DNA of 64,000 nucleotides from Escherichia coli (GTDB taxonomy: Bacteria; Pseudomonadota; Gammaproteobacteria; Enterobacterales; Enterobacteriaceae): the NCBI RefSeq assembly GCF_003790525.1, contig NZ_CP033635.1. One strand, written 5' to 3'. Positions within the stretch are counted from its first letter, which is position 1, and every line of letters starts with the position of its first letter. The notes under the pieces were generated by a model. The model was not told the origin of the DNA. It saw only the letters and a list, made by a program, of their open reading frames with translations, and ran no database searches. Both the position numbers and the translations under genes were made by a program. Below are positions 18,011-29,815 of this stretch, in pieces.

Positions 18011-18388
18011 ATGTCAGACACACTCACCGGGACAACGCATCCCGACGACAACAGCGACCGCCCCTGGTGGGGGCTGCCCTGCACCGTGACGCCCTGTTTC
18101 GGTGCCCGTCTGGTGCAGGAGGGTAACCGCCTGCATTACCTTGCAGACCGCGCCGGCATCAGAGGCCGGTTCAGCGACGCAGATGCGTACCACCCGGACC
18201 AGGCCTTTCCGCTGCTGATGAAACAGCTGGAACTCATGCTCACCAGTGGTGAACTCAGTCCCCGCCATCAGCATACCGTCACACTGTATGCGAAAGGGCT
18301 GACCTGCGAAGCCGACACCCTCGGCAGTTGTGGTTACGTGTATATCGCCATTTATCCGACACCGGCAACACCCGGAACCACCGCATAA
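18011..18388 (+). CDS. cbeA: CbeA/YeeU-family type IV antitoxin
   Basis: [52 protein letters not shown]... is near-identical to YeeU/CbeA as recalled. Confidence 0.85.
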   Translation: MSDTLTGTTHPDDNSDRPWWGLPCTVTPCFGARLVQEGNRLHYLADRAGIRGRFSDADAYHPDQAFPLLMKQLELMLTSGELSPRHQHTVTLYAKGLTCEADTLGSCGYVYIAIYPTPATPGTTA

Positions 18389-18434
18389 CCCCGGACAGCA
18401 CTTCTTTATCACCACCTGTTACAGAGTACTTAAG

Positions 18435-18809
18435 ATGAAAACATTCCCCGACACACATGTACGGGCAACATCGCGCTGCCCGTCTCCGGTTGAAATCTGG
18501 CAGACACTGCTCACCCGGTTGCTGGACCAGCACTACGGCCTCACGCTGAATGACACACCGTTCGCCGATGAACGTGTGATTGAACAGCATATTGAGGCAG
18601 GTATTTCACTGTGTGATGCGGTGAACTTTCTCGTGGAAAAATACGCACTGGTGCGTACCGACCAGCCGGGATTCAGTGCCTGCACCCGCTCTCAGTTAAT
18701 CAACAGCATTGATATCCTCCGGGCCCGCCGGGCAACCGGCCTGATGACCCGCAGCCACTACCGAATGGTGAGCAACATCACCCTGGGTAAACACTGTGAG
18801 GTGAAATGA
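18435..18809 (+). CDS. cbtA: CbtA/YeeV-family type IV toxin
   Basis: ...[65 protein letters not shown]... matches CbtA/YeeV. Start set at the ATG at 18435 rather than the longer ORF-track start. Confidence 0.85.
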   Translation: MKTFPDTHVRATSRCPSPVEIWQTLLTRLLDQHYGLTLNDTPFADERVIEQHIEAGISLCDAVNFLVEKYALVRTDQPGFSACTRSQLINSIDILRARRATGLMTRSHYRMVSNITLGKHCEVK

Positions 18810-19297
18810 TGAAACTGTCCCTGACGCTGGAAGCAGACAGCGTTAACGTCCGGGCACTGAACATGGGGCGCATTGTCGCTGACGTCGATGGTGTTAATCT
18901 CGCTGAACTGATTAACGTGGTCTGCGATAACGGCTGTTCCCTTCGTGTTGTTGATGAATCTGACCGGACCTCAGCAGACTGCATGCCACCATTTACTGCC
19001 CTTACCGGCATACGCTGCAGTACCGCACATATCACGGAACAGGACAATGCCTGGCTGTACTCGCTGTCGCATCAGACGAATGACAACGGCGAATCAGAAT
19101 GGATTCATTTTACAGGCAGCGGATATCTGTTACGTACTGATGCGTGGTCGTACCCGGCTCTGCGGCTTAAACGCCTGGGGCTGTCAAAAACCTTCCGCCG
19201 TCTGGTTGTCACACTTATCCGGCGTTATGGCGTCAGTCTCATTCATCTGGATGCCGGCGCTGAATGTCTGCCGGGTTTACCCACTTTCGACTGGTAA
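18806..19297 (+). CDS. YeeW-like protein (DUF5983)
   Basis: 163-aa ORF overlapping the cbtA stop, in the position occupied by yeeW in CP4-44. Confidence 0.65.
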   Translation: MMKLSLTLEADSVNVRALNMGRIVADVDGVNLAELINVVCDNGCSLRVVDESDRTSADCMPPFTALTGIRCSTAHITEQDNAWLYSLSHQTNDNGESEWIHFTGSGYLLRTDAWSYPALRLKRLGLSKTFRRLVVTLIRRYGVSLIHLDAGAECLPGLPTFDW

Positions 19298-19316
19298 CCG
19301 GGACAAAAGACACCGT

Positions 19317-19514
19317 ATGAAATCATTAACCACAGAAACGGCACCGGATATTCTGATTGCGTGGCTGCAGGACAATATCGACTGCGGCTCCGGCATTATC
19401 TTCGACAACGATGAGGATAAAACGGATTCGGCAGCACTGCTGCCCTGTATCGAACAGGCCAGAGCGGATATCCGCACCCTGCGCCACCTGCAGCTTCAGC
19501 ACCAGAACCGGTGA
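19317..19514 (+). CDS. DUF957 small protein
   Basis: 65-aa ORF MKSLTTETAPDILIAWLQDNIDCGSGIIFDNDEDKTD..., recalled as the DUF957 family of island ends. Confidence 0.55.
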   Translation: MKSLTTETAPDILIAWLQDNIDCGSGIIFDNDEDKTDSAALLPCIEQARADIRTLRHLQLQHQNR

Positions 19515-19609
19515 GTCTCACTCATCATCTCACTCACCACGATTCATTCCCCTGACGCCAGTCCGAATACGGCTGGCGTTTTCATTTATAAACCACAAGG
19601 AAAAATGTA

Positions 19610-20458
19610 ATGTCTGATATCACAATCCCTTATCCGGAAGCGGTCAACGGACATACGGACGTTATCTGCTCCACAGATATCCGGCACGTTGTGACGGTAC
19701 GGAATGAAGCACTGCAACAAACCGAAAGGGTTATCCGGCAACTGGCAGAAATCTCAGCAATGACAGAAAGCATAGGCGGTAAAACGGCGCGGGACTGGGC
19801 CGTGAAACAGGATTTTCGCTGTGGCTGCTGGCTGATGGAAAAACCGGAAACCGCAATGAAAGCCATCACCCGGAACCTTGACCGTGAAATCTGGCGTGAC
19901 CTGATGCAACGCTCCGGGATGCTGAGTCTGATGGATGCACAGGCGCGTGATGAATGGTACCGTTCACAGGAGGACGATAATTTCCCGGAAATCAGCGAAG
20001 CGAATATCCTGAGCACGTCTGAACAACTGCACCGTAACAGGGATGAAATGGCTGAACGGGGCGTCATCAACCTCTTCAGGGGACTGAGCCGGACGCAAAA
20101 CAGCGGGTCACCCTGTAAATTCGGCAGCAAGATTATCCTCAACAACCTGGTGAAATGGGACTGGTGGGGATTTGGTCTGAACCATGGCCCGCAGGCCGGG
20201 CGGCTTGCCGACCTGGAAAGAATGTTGTATCTGTTCAGTGGTAAACCCATACCCGATTACAGGGACAATATCCTCATTCGTCTGGATGAGCACATCCGGT
20301 CCGTTCAGGGTGAAGCGTGTTATGAAGATGAGATGTTCAGCATCAGATACTTCAGGAAAGGCTCTGCGCATATCACGTTTAAACACCCGGAACTGGTGGA
20401 GAAGCTGAATGCTGTTCTGGCGAAACATTATTCGGTAAAGTTCCATTCTTCTGTATAA
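19610..20458 (+). CDS. hypothetical protein, 282 aa (possibly DUF4942-like)
   Basis: Long ORF with a good SD (AAGGAAAA); family assignment from memory is uncertain. Last gene before the core genome. Confidence 0.5.
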   Translation: MSDITIPYPEAVNGHTDVICSTDIRHVVTVRNEALQQTERVIRQLAEISAMTESIGGKTARDWAVKQDFRCGCWLMEKPETAMKAITRNLDREIWRDLMQRSGMLSLMDAQARDEWYRSQEDDNFPEISEANILSTSEQLHRNRDEMAERGVINLFRGLSRTQNSGSPCKFGSKIILNNLVKWDWWGFGLNHGPQAGRLADLERMLYLFSGKPIPDYRDNILIRLDEHIRSVQGEACYEDEMFSIRYFRKGSAHITFKHPELVEKLNAVLAKHYSVKFHSSV

Positions 20459-20661
20459 ACTTACAGATCACGGGTATTGTGTCTCGTCCTGAACAGGGCC
20501 GACAGGTATACTGCATTCGCTGAGCCATTACAGATAATGCCTCAACTGAGTTCAATCTACCTCCATGTACAACAACAATACGATGGGGGCTACATTGGGG
20601 GCTATACTTTCAAGTAAAACTGATATAACCAAGATTAAACAATAAGATAGAGAATTTTCAC

Positions 20662-20716
20662 CATTCCCCTCTGGGGAGAGGATTAGGGTGAGGGGCGCAA
20701 ACCCGCTCCGGGGCCA
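20662..20716 (+). repeat. GC-rich palindromic repeat-like element upstream of glnP
   Basis: CCATTCCCCTCTGGGGAGAGGATTAGGGTGAGGGGCGCAAACCCGCTCCGGGGCC contains nested inverted repeats resembling E. coli intergenic palindromic units. Confidence 0.3.
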
Positions 20717-20765
20717 TTAATTACCCTGAATTTGATTATTTACACCACGGTAACAGGAACAACAT

Positions 20766-21425
20766 ATGCAGTTTGACTGGAGTGCCATCTGGCCAGCCAT
20801 TCCGCTTCTGATTGAAGGTGCCAAAATGACCCTGTGGATCTCGGTCCTCGGTCTGGCTGGCGGCCTGGTGATCGGATTGCTGGCAGGTTTTGCACGCACC
20901 TTCGGTGGTTGGATAGCCAACCACGTCGCGCTGGTCTTTATTGAAGTGATCCGCGGCACACCTATCGTCGTCCAGGTGATGTTTATCTATTTCGCCCTGC
21001 CGATGGCGTTTAACGACTTACGCATCGACCCGTTTACTGCGGCGGTGGTCACCATCATGATCAACTCTGGCGCGTACATTGCGGAAATCACGCGTGGTGC
21101 GGTGCTGTCTATTCACAAAGGTTTTCGTGAAGCAGGACTGGCGCTCGGTCTTTCACGTTGGGAAACCATTCGCTACGTCATTTTACCGCTGGCACTGCGT
21201 CGTATGCTGCCGCCGCTGGGTAACCAGTGGATCATCAGCATTAAAGACACCTCGCTGTTTATTGTTATCGGTGTGGCGGAACTGACCCGTCAGGGGCAAG
21301 AAATTATTGCCGGTAACTTCCGCGCCCTTGAGATCTGGAGCGCCGTGGCGGTGTTCTATCTGATTATTACCCTGGTGCTGAGCTTTATTCTGCGTCGTCT
21401 GGAAAGAAGGATGAAAATCCTGTGA
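20766..21425 (+). CDS. glnP: glutamine ABC transporter permease GlnP
   Basis: 219-aa ORF matching K-12 GlnP ([15 protein letters not shown]...). Confidence 0.95.
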
Positions 21426-22144
21426 TTGAATTTAAAAACGTCTCCAAGCATTTTGGTCCAACCCAGGTGCTGCACAATATCGATTTGAACATTGCTCAGG
21501 GCGAAGTCGTGGTGATTATCGGGCCGTCCGGTTCCGGTAAATCGACCCTGCTGCGCTGCATCAACAAACTGGAAGAAATCACTTCCGGCGATCTGATTGT
21601 CGATGGCCTGAAGGTTAACGATCCGAAAGTTGACGAGCGCCTGATTCGCCAGGAAGCAGGTATGGTGTTCCAGCAGTTTTACCTCTTCCCGCATCTGACG
21701 GCGCTGGAAAACGTCATGTTTGGTCCGCTACGCGTGCGTGGCGCGAACAAAGAAGAGGCGGAAAAACTGGCGCGTGAGCTGCTGGCGAAAGTCGGTCTGG
21801 CAGAACGTGCACATCACTACCCTTCCGAACTTTCTGGTGGTCAACAGCAGCGTGTGGCGATCGCACGCGCGCTGGCGGTGAAGCCGAAAATGATGCTGTT
21901 TGATGAACCGACTTCCGCTCTTGACCCGGAACTGCGCCATGAAGTGCTGAAGGTTATGCAGGATCTGGCTGAAGAAGGGATGACGATGGTGATCGTGACA
22001 CACGAAATCGGTTTTGCCGAGAAAGTAGCTTCGCGCCTGATCTTTATCGACAAAGGCCGGATTGCGGAAGATGGCGATCCGCAGGTGTTGATCAAGAACC
22101 CACCGAGCCAGCGCTTGCAGGAATTTTTGCAGCACGTCTCTTAA
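21422..22144 (+). CDS. glnQ: glutamine ABC transporter ATP-binding protein GlnQ
   Basis: 240-aa ORF with GTG start overlapping the glnP stop; Walker [10 protein letters not shown] and signature LSGGQQQR. Confidence 0.95.
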
Positions 22145-22260
22145 CTTCTCAGCCTCCCTTTCCCCCGAAAGGGAGGCACACCAGATTCCTCTCATTTAAA
22201 ATCGCCCCTCCTCCAGCATCTATACTTATCTTTTTGCTCTGTTTTCTCACTGGAGGAGTC

Positions 22261-24486
22261 ATGCGGTGGATCCTGTTCATCCTCTTCTGCCTGCTGGGCG
22301 CACCTGCCCACGCGGTATCCATACCCGGCGTTACAACCACAACGACAACGGACTCAACGACTGAACCGGCCCCGGAACCGGATATCGAACAAAAAAAAGC
22401 GGCCTATGGCGCACTGGCGGATGTGCTGGATAATGACACCTCGCGTAAAGAGTTGATCGACCAGTTGCGCACCGTCGCCGCGACGCCCCCGGCAGAACCC
22501 GTACCGAAGATCGTGCCGCCGACGCTGGTTGAAGAGCAAACCGTGCTGCAAAAGGTCACCGAAGTCAGCCGCCATTATGGTGAAGCCCTTTCCGCCCGCT
22601 TCGGGCAACTTTATCGCAATATCACCGGCTCCCCGCATAAGCCGTTTAATCCACAAACCTTCAGCAATGCGTTGACCCATTTTTCAATGTTAGCGGTATT
22701 AGTGTTTGTTTTTTACTGGCTGATTCGCCTGTGCGCACTTCCGCTGTATCGCAAAATGGGCCAGTGGGCGCGGCAAAAAAATCGTGAGCGCAGTAACTGG
22801 TTGCAGCTTCCGGCGATGATTATCGGGGCGTTTATTATCGACCTGCTGTTACTGGCACTGACATTGTTTGTCGGCCAGGTATTAAGCGACAACCTGAATG
22901 CGGGCAGTCGCACCATCGCTTTCCAACAAAGTTTGTTTCTCAACGCCTTTGCCCTGATTGAATTTTTCAAAGCCGTACTACGCCTGATTTTTTGCCCAAA
23001 CGTGGCTGAACTGCGCCCGTTCACGATTCATGACGAGACCGCCCGTTACTGGAGCCGTCGCCTGAGCTGGTTAAGCAGCCTGATTGGCTATGGCCTGATT
23101 GTGGCCGTGCCGATTATCTCTAATCAGGTGAATGTACAGATAGGTGCGCTGGCGAACGTCATCATTATGCTGTGCATGACGGTCTGGGCGCTGTACCTGA
23201 TCTTTCGTAATAAAAAAGAGATTACCCAGCATTTGCTCAACTTCGCGGAGCATTCGCTGGCCTTTTTCAGCCTGTTTATCCGCGCCTTTGCGCTGGTGTG
23301 GCACTGGCTGGCAAGCGCCTATTTTATCGTGCTGTTTTTCTTTTCGTTGTTCGATCCGGGCAACAGCCTGAAATTTATGATGGGTGCAACGGTGCGCAGC
23401 CTGGCGATTATTGGTATCGCAGCATTTGTTTCCGGTATGTTTTCCCGCTGGCTGGCGAAAACCATCACCCTCTCGCCACATACTCAGCGTAACTATCCGG
23501 AGCTGCAAAAACGGTTGAATGGCTGGCTGTCGGCGGCGCTGAAAACGGCGCGTATTCTGACAGTCTGCGTGGCGGTAATGCTGCTGTTGAGCGCATGGGG
23601 ATTGTTCGATTTCTGGAACTGGCTGCAAAACGGCGCGGGGCAGAAAACCGTAGATATCCTGATCCGTATCGCACTCATTCTTTTCTTCTCGGCGGTTGGC
23701 TGGACAGTGCTCGCCAGTTTGATCGAAAACCGGCTGGCTTCGGATATTCATGGCCGCCCGCTACCCAGCGCCCGTACGCGTACCCTGCTGACGCTGTTTC
23801 GTAACGCGCTGGCGGTGATTATCAGTACCATCACCATCATGATTGTGTTGTCGGAAATCGGCGTTAATATCGCGCCATTGCTGGCAGGTGCCGGGGCATT
23901 AGGTCTGGCTATCTCGTTTGGTTCGCAAACGCTGGTGAAAGATATTATCACCGGGGTATTTATTCAGTTTGAAAACGGCATGAACACTGGAGATTTGGTG
24001 ACTATCGGGCCGTTGACCGGCACTGTGGAACGGATGTCGATTCGCTCCGTGGGCGTGCGTCAGGATACCGGGGCGTATCACATCATTCCGTGGTCTTCGA
24101 TAACTACCTTTGCTAACTTCGTCCGCGGCATTGGTTCGGTGGTGGCAAATTACGATGTTGATCGCCATGAAGATGCTGATAAAGCCAATCAGGCACTGAA
24201 AGATGCGGTAGCGGAATTAATGGAAAACGAAGAAATTCGCGGGCTGATTATTGGTGAACCGAATTTTGCCGGGATTGTCGGCTTAAGCAATACCGCGTTT
24301 ACACTGCGTGTTTCGTTCACCACGCTGCCACTCAAACAGTGGACGGTCCGCTTTGCCCTCGACAGCCAGGTGAAAAAACATTTCGACCTGGCGGGCGTTC
24401 GCGCGCCAGTGCAGACTTATCAGGTGCTGCCTGCTCCGGGCGCGACCCCGGCTGAACCGTTGCCGCCGGGGGAACCAACGCTTTAA
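22261..24486 (+). CDS. ybiO: mechanosensitive channel YbiO (MscS family)
   Basis: Matches K-12 YbiO starting [18 protein letters not shown]; start moved to the internal Met relative to the ORF track. Confidence 0.9.
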   Translation: MRWILFILFCLLGAPAHAVSIPGVTTTTTTDSTTEPAPEPDIEQKKAAYGALADVLDNDTSRKELIDQLRTVAATPPAEPVPKIVPPTLVEEQTVLQKVTEVSRHYGEALSARFGQLYRNITGSPHKPFNPQTFSNALTHFSMLAVLVFVFYWLIRLCALPLYRKMGQWARQKNRERSNWLQLPAMIIGAFIIDLLLLALTLFVGQVLSDNLNAGSRTIAFQQSLFLNAFALIEFFKAVLRLIFCPNVAELRPFTIHDETARYWSRRLSWLSSLIGYGLIVAVPIISNQVNVQIGALANVIIMLCMTVWALYLIFRNKKEITQHLLNFAEHSLAFFSLFIRAFALVWHWLASAYFIVLFFFSLFDPGNSLKFMMGATVRSLAIIGIAAFVSGMFSRWLAKTITLSPHTQRNYPELQKRLNGWLSAALKTARILTVCVAVMLLLSAWGLFDFWNWLQNGAGQKTVDILIRIALILFFSAVGWTVLASLIENRLASDIHGRPLPSARTRTLLTLFRNALAVIISTITIMIVLSEIGVNIAPLLAGAGALGLAISFGSQTLVKDIITGVFIQFENGMNTGDLVTIGPLTGTVERMSIRSVGVRQDTGAYHIIPWSSITTFANFVRGIGSVVANYDVDRHEDADKANQALKDAVAELMENEEIRGLIIGEPNFAGIVGLSNTAFTLRVSFTTLPLKQWTVRFALDSQVKKHFDLAGVRAPVQTYQVLPAPGATPAEPLPPGEPTL

Positions 24487-25409
24487 CGCTGGCGATTGAC
24501 AAAACGGCGGCGCTGCTCGTCGTTCATAAAGGTCCAGGCTATAAAGCGGCTCTGCTTTTGCCCCTGGGCCATCTCTTTTTTGACCACTTTCACCGCGCCC
24601 ACTTCCGTCAGAGCACGATACAACGGCGGTAAGTTTTCGCCACGAGATACCAGCGAGGTAAACCACATCACCTGCTTCGCGAAGCCTTTGCTCTCTTCAA
24701 TCATCTTTTTAATAAAAGCGACTTCACCGCCTTCACACCACAACTCCTGTTGCTGACCACCAAAATTCAGTGCATCGTCTTTGTTTAGCCCCAGGTTACG
24801 GCGTTTACGTTCACTACCTGCCCGTGCCGCAGCGGCGGAATCGTGGAATGGCGGGTTACACAAGGTCGCGTCGTATTGCTCGTTTTTATGGATGATGCCG
24901 TTAAAAATCGCCCCACTCTCTTTTTGCCGACGCAGACGAATGGCGCGGTTAAGCCCCGGATTAGCACTGATGATCGCCTGCGCACTGCTTAACGCCTGGC
25001 TGCTGGTTTCACTACCAGTAAAACGCCAGCCATATTCATGTACGCCAATCAGCGGATAAATACAGTTCGCACCAACGCCGATATCCAGAATGCTGGCATT
25101 AGCTAGAATTGATCCTGTTGCTTCTGCCAGTAAATCGGCAAGGTGATGAATATAATCCGCCCGGCCCGGTACTGGTGGGCAGAGAAAACCGTCGGGGATA
25201 TCCCAGTTCGCTACGGCGTAAAAATGGGCCAGCAACGCCTTATTGAGCGCCTTCACCGCCAGCGGATTGGCAAAGTCTACGCTTTGCTCCCCGGCGGGTG
25301 TAAGCGTGAGGAATTGCCTGAGTTCAGGATTGACCTGACAAAGCGTGGCGAGATCGTAGCGGCTGTGATGACGGTTGCGCGGATGCAACCCCGGTTTCTG
25401 GGCGGACAT
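24483..25409 (-). CDS. rlmF: 23S rRNA m6A1618 methyltransferase RlmF
   Basis: Matches RlmF from [20 protein letters not shown]...; the ORF-track upstream extension is rejected. Confidence 0.9.
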   Translation of the reverse strand: MSAQKPGLHPRNRHHSRYDLATLCQVNPELRQFLTLTPAGEQSVDFANPLAVKALNKALLAHFYAVANWDIPDGFLCPPVPGRADYIHHLADLLAEATGSILANASILDIGVGANCIYPLIGVHEYGWRFTGSETSSQALSSAQAIISANPGLNRAIRLRRQKESGAIFNGIIHKNEQYDATLCNPPFHDSAAAARAGSERKRRNLGLNKDDALNFGGQQQELWCEGGEVAFIKKMIEESKGFAKQVMWFTSLVSRGENLPPLYRALTEVGAVKVVKKEMAQGQKQSRFIAWTFMNDEQRRRFVNRQR

Positions 25410-25684
25410 AGCATTCTCCTTTAAGCAGCGGCGTAAGATACCCGCATAACGCGACAGGGTAAATATCTGGCTGCGTTTATCATTTCTATAAACCTTCACA
25501 TGGCTATGTTTTATGGCAATTCATCATAAAAATCAGCATTATGCATATCATTGATTTGTCTTGTTTTGTAAAAATATATCGTTCAAAAAACAAGCACATC
25601 TCTGTCAATTTTTTGCGTCATTTTCATCGCCCAGGCGACCTACACTTATCAGGCACTACCCGTTGTATTTATGAGGATGTCATT

Positions 25685-25945
25685 ATGAAAAAGTGCCTCA
25701 CACTACTGATTGCCACCGTCCTGAGCGGAATCTCTCTCACGGCTTATGCCGCGCAACCGATGAGTAACCTGGACAGCGGTCAGCTACGGCCCGCCGGTAC
25801 CGTTTCGGCAACTGGCGCATCAAACCTAAGCGATCTGGAGGATAAACTGGCAGAAAAAGCGCGCGAACAAGGCGCGAAAGGTTATGTCATTAATTCCGCA
25901 GGCGGAAATGACCAGATGTTCGGTACTGCAATCATCTACAAATAA
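25685..25945 (+). CDS. mcbA: McbA (YbiM), DUF1471 periplasmic protein
   Basis: 86-aa signal-peptide protein MKKCLTLLIATVLSG...; K-12 synteny. Confidence 0.85.
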   Translation: MKKCLTLLIATVLSGISLTAYAAQPMSNLDSGQLRPAGTVSATGASNLSDLEDKLAEKAREQGAKGYVINSAGGNDQMFGTAIIYK

Positions 25946-26080
25946 CCCCACCAACGTAACTGCATTCGCCTCTGGATGCAGTTTTCGTCCGATTTGTAAG
26001 CAAAAAACATCAAATATGAACGCAATGTAAATAAATGTATTTCTTTTTCGCGCAATGGGTGATAGAAAATCGCGCCAAGT

Positions 26081-26107
26081 GATAATGCTTATCAAAATTA
26101 TTATCAC
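26081..26107 (+). promoter_or_regulatory. putative Fur box in the fiu promoter
   Basis: GATAATGCTTATCAAAATTATTATCAC resembles the Fur consensus; fiu is a known Fur-regulated receptor gene. Confidence 0.55.
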
Positions 26108-26209
26108 TTGCACGAACGCTATCACGAGATTAACAATGGCATCGCATCCGCAGAGATGCTTTCTCGTGGCAGTGAAAATTTCAACATATAAGAAAAAGTC
26201 ACCTGCAAA

Positions 26210-28492
26210 ATGGAAAACAATCGCAATTTCCCTGCCAGACAATTTCATTCGCTCACGTTCTTTGCCGGTCTTTGTATTGGCATCACGCCTGTGGCTCAGG
26301 CTCTCGCCGCCGAAGGGCAAATTAACGCGGATGACACGCTGGTTGTCGAAGCATCAACGCCTTCGCTTTATGCGCCACAACAATCTGCCGATCCGAAATT
26401 CTCGCGTCCGGTAGCGGATACTACCCGCACGATGACGGTGATTTCTGAACAAGTGATTAAAGATCAGGGTGCAACCAACCTTACCGACGCGCTCAAAAAC
26501 GTCCCCGGCGTGGGTGCGTTTTTTGCGGGTGAGAACGGTAACTCCACCACTGGCGACGCCATTTATATGCGTGGTGCCGATACCTCTAACAGTATTTATA
26601 TTGATGGCATTCGCGATATCGGCAGCGTCTCGCGCGACACCTTCAATACCGAGCAGGTCGAAGTGATTAAAGGGCCGTCCGGCACCGACTACGGGCGCAG
26701 CGCACCGACGGGCTCGATCAATATGATCAGCAAGCAGCCGCGCAATGATTCGGGCATTGACGCCTCCGCGAGTATTGGCAGCGCCTGGTTCCGCCGCGGC
26801 ACGCTGGACGTCAATCAGGTCATTGGTGATACCACCGCGGTGCGCCTGAATGTAATGGGCGAAAAAACGCACGATGCCGGACGCGACAAAGTCAAAAATG
26901 AGCGTTACGGCGTCGCCCCTTCTGTCGCTTTTGGCCTTGGTACAGCGAATCGTTTGTATCTTAATTATCTGCATGTCACCCAGCACAACACGCCAGACGG
27001 TGGCATTCCGACTATCGGTTTACCGGGCTATTCTGCCCCATCTGCGGGAACAGCGGCCCTGAATCATTCCGGAAAAGTTGATACGCATAACTTTTACGGC
27101 ACGGATTCCGATTACGACGATTCGACCACCGACACCGCTACCATGCGTTTTGAGCACGACATCAACGATAACACCACCATTCGCAATACTACCCGTTGGT
27201 CGCGCGTGAAGCAGGATTACCTGATGACGGCGATTATGGGTGGGGCGTCGAATATTACCCAGCCCACCAGCGATGTGAATAGCTGGACGTGGTCACGCAC
27301 GGCGAATACCAAAGATGTGAGTAACAAAATTCTCACCAACCAGACCAACCTGACCTCGACGTTCTATACCGGCGCTATCGGTCATGATGTCAGTACCGGC
27401 GTGGAATTTACCCGTGAAACGCAGACTAACTATGGCGTTAATCCGGTGACGTTACCGGCGGTAAATATTTATCATCCTGACAGCAGCATTCATCCCGGCG
27501 GCCTGACGCGCAACGGCGCAAACGCCAATGGTCAGACGGATACCTTCGCAATTTACGCCTTCGATACGCTGCAAATCACCCGTGATTTTGAGCTGAACGG
27601 CGGGATCCGTCTGGATAATTATCATACTGAATATGACAGTGCCACCGCCTGCGGCGGCAGCGGACGCGGTGCCATCACCTGCCCAGCTGGTGTGGCAAAA
27701 GGTTCTCCGGTCACCACCGTCGACACCGCCAGGTCGGGCAATCTGGTGAACTGGAAAGCCGGGGCGCTGTATCACCTGACGGAAAACGGCAATGTCTATA
27801 TTAACTATGCCGTTTCCCAGCAGCCTCCGGGCGGCAACAACTTCGCCCTTGCGCAGTCTGGCAGCGGTAACAGTGCCAACCGCACCGATTTTAAACCGCA
27901 AAAAGCCAACACCAGCGAGATTGGCACCAAATGGCAGGTTCTGGATAAACGCCTGTTGCTCACCGCCGCGCTGTTCCGTACTGATATCGAAAATGAAGTT
28001 GAGCAAAATGATGACGGAACTTACTCGCAATACGGTAAGAAACGCGTCGAAGGCTATGAGATATCCGGGGCCGGGAATATCACCCCCGCGTGGCAGGTGA
28101 TTGGCGGCTATACCCAGCAAAAAGCAACCATCAAAAACGGCAAAGATGTTGCCCAAGATGGTTCCTCATCGCTGCCCTATACGCCGGAGCACGCCTTTAC
28201 CTTATGGAGCCAATATCAGGCAACCGATGATATTTCCGTTGGTGCGGGCGCACGGTATATCGGCAGTATGCATAAAGGTTCTGACGGCGCGGTGGGAACG
28301 CCAGCGTTTACCGAAGGTTATTGGGTCGCCGACGCTAAACTGGGGTATCGGGTTAATCGCAATCTCGACTTCCAGCTAAACGTCTACAACCTGTTTGATA
28401 CCGATTACGTCGCCTCAATCAACAAGAGCGGCTACCGTTATCACCCGGGCGAGCCAAGAACCTTCTTGCTCACGGCCAATATGCATTTCTGA
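26210..28492 (+). CDS. fiu: TonB-dependent catecholate siderophore receptor Fiu
   Basis: 760-aa ORF matching Fiu; TonB box and C-terminal aromatic residue (F). Confidence 0.95.
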   Translation: MENNRNFPARQFHSLTFFAGLCIGITPVAQALAAEGQINADDTLVVEASTPSLYAPQQSADPKFSRPVADTTRTMTVISEQVIKDQGATNLTDALKNVPGVGAFFAGENGNSTTGDAIYMRGADTSNSIYIDGIRDIGSVSRDTFNTEQVEVIKGPSGTDYGRSAPTGSINMISKQPRNDSGIDASASIGSAWFRRGTLDVNQVIGDTTAVRLNVMGEKTHDAGRDKVKNERYGVAPSVAFGLGTANRLYLNYLHVTQHNTPDGGIPTIGLPGYSAPSAGTAALNHSGKVDTHNFYGTDSDYDDSTTDTATMRFEHDINDNTTIRNTTRWSRVKQDYLMTAIMGGASNITQPTSDVNSWTWSRTANTKDVSNKILTNQTNLTSTFYTGAIGHDVSTGVEFTRETQTNYGVNPVTLPAVNIYHPDSSIHPGGLTRNGANANGQTDTFAIYAFDTLQITRDFELNGGIRLDNYHTEYDSATACGGSGRGAITCPAGVAKGSPVTTVDTARSGNLVNWKAGALYHLTENGNVYINYAVSQQPPGGNNFALAQSGSGNSANRTDFKPQKANTSEIGTKWQVLDKRLLLTAALFRTDIENEVEQNDDGTYSQYGKKRVEGYEISGAGNITPAWQVIGGYTQQKATIKNGKDVAQDGSSSLPYTPEHAFTLWSQYQATDDISVGAGARYIGSMHKGSDGAVGTPAFTEGYWVADAKLGYRVNRNLDFQLNVYNLFDTDYVASINKSGYRYHPGEPRTFLLTANMHF

Positions 28493-28533
28493 TTCAGATG
28501 TGGGGCGCAGGCCCCACTTTTTGGAGAACTTGT

Positions 28534-29211
28534 ATGATGTACCACATTCCCGGCGTGCTATCGCCACAGGACGTCGCCCGGTTTCGCGAACAACTGGAAC
28601 AAGCCGAATGGGTGGATGGACGCGTCACCACCGGCGCACAAGGTGCGCAAGTTAAGAACAATCAACAGGTAGACACCCGCAGCACGTTATACGCCGCCCT
28701 GCAAAATGAGGTGCTGAACGCGGTTAATCAACATGCTTTATTCTTTGCCGCGGCCTTGCCGCGTACCCTTTCCACGCCGCTGTTTAATCGCTATCAGAAC
28801 AATGAAACCTATGGTTTCCATGTGGATGGCGCAGTACGCAGCCATCCACAAAACGGCTGGATGCGCACTGACCTTTCTGCCACGCTGTTTTTAAGCGATC
28901 CAGAAAGCTACGACGGCGGCGAACTGGTCGTTAATGACACCTTCGGGCAACATCGGGTAAAACTCCCGGCAGGCGATCTGGTGTTGTATCCCTCCAGCAG
29001 CCTGCATTGCGTGACACCCGTAACCCGCGGCGTGCGAGTGGCATCATTTATGTGGATCCAGTCGATGATCCGCGATGATAAAAAGCGCGCCATGCTGTTT
29101 GAACTGGACAACAATATTCAGTCGCTGAAAAGCCACTACGGCGAAAGTGAAGAGATCCTGTCGCTGCTCAATCTTTATCATAATCTGCTGCGGGAATGGT
29201 CGGAGATCTGA
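28534..29211 (+). CDS. ybiX: PKHD-type Fe(II)/2-oxoglutarate hydroxylase YbiX
   Basis: Matches YbiX from [14 protein letters not shown]... Confidence 0.9.
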   Translation: MMYHIPGVLSPQDVARFREQLEQAEWVDGRVTTGAQGAQVKNNQQVDTRSTLYAALQNEVLNAVNQHALFFAAALPRTLSTPLFNRYQNNETYGFHVDGAVRSHPQNGWMRTDLSATLFLSDPESYDGGELVVNDTFGQHRVKLPAGDLVLYPSSSLHCVTPVTRGVRVASFMWIQSMIRDDKKRAMLFELDNNIQSLKSHYGESEEILSLLNLYHNLLREWSEI

Positions 29212-29284
29212 CGCTTGAACTGCCCGAGTTCGTCCCTATATTAGCTACACTTAACTGTACAAGCATTGATATGGGGAGGACGAT

Positions 29285-29551
29285 ATGGCATCCGGTTGGG
29301 CTAACGATGACGCCGTCAACGAACAGATCAACAGTACAATTGAAGATGCGATTGCTCGTGCCCGGGGTGAAATTCCGCGTGGCGAGAGCCTGTATGAATG
29401 TGAAGAGTGCGGCGCCCCCATCCCGCAGGCCCGTCGGGAAGCCATTCCTGGCGTGCGCTTATGCATTCATTGTCAGCAGGATAAAGATTTACAAAAATCA
29501 GCTTATACAGGATATAATCGCAGAGGTTCGAAAGACAGCCAGTTACGTTAA
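29285..29551 (+). CDS. ybiI: DksA/TraR-type zinc-finger protein YbiI
   Basis: 88-aa ORF with C4 zinc finger CEECGAPIP...CIHCQ. Confidence 0.9.
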   Translation: MASGWANDDAVNEQINSTIEDAIARARGEIPRGESLYECEECGAPIPQARREAIPGVRLCIHCQQDKDLQKSAYTGYNRRGSKDSQLR

Positions 29552-29815
29552 CTACAACTGGCGGGATGTATAGCGAGTATAATTTGTGTTTTGCGTGGCA
29601 TTCCGTGCCTTTAACGCTGTCGTGACTGCCACGCTGCATAAAACAAGTCCATAAGTTCAACAAATAAATGGATTATCAGTATGTTAGATATCAATCAATT
29701 TATTTGAACAAGGCGGTCAATTCTCTTCGATTTTATCTCTCGTAAAAAAACGTGATACTCATCACATCGACGAAACAACGTCACTTATACAAAAATCACC
29801 TGCGAGAGATTAATT

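Noticed and set aside
22151-22180. Hairpin CCTCCCTTT-ccccg-AAAGGGAGG after glnQ as an intrinsic terminator
   Set aside because: Good stem, but no T-run follows on either strand; left uncalled.
23071-23751. 226-aa antisense ORF inside ybiO, and similar long antisense or overlapping ORFs (e.g. 16053..16976, 27452..28156, 39452..40111, 35933..36475)
   Set aside because: They lie entirely within well-supported conserved genes on the opposite strand or another frame, have no recognisable family features, and are expected by chance in GC-rich coding DNA.
24483-25499. Upstream-extended starts for rlmF, mcbA (25541), ybiX (28498), ybiO (22234), cecR (37211), ybhF (38870), ybhS (40608), ybhM (47100), ybhL (48065), ybhK (51161), bioC (56231) and bioA (58394)
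   Set aside because: Each extension adds residues not present in the conserved proteins as I recall them; starts were moved to the internal ATG/GTG matching the known N-termini.
29515-29530. GGTTCGAA-type motif that could suggest a tRNA T-arm
   Set aside because: It lies inside the ybiI coding sequence with no surrounding cloverleaf; no tRNA gene was found in the window by eye.
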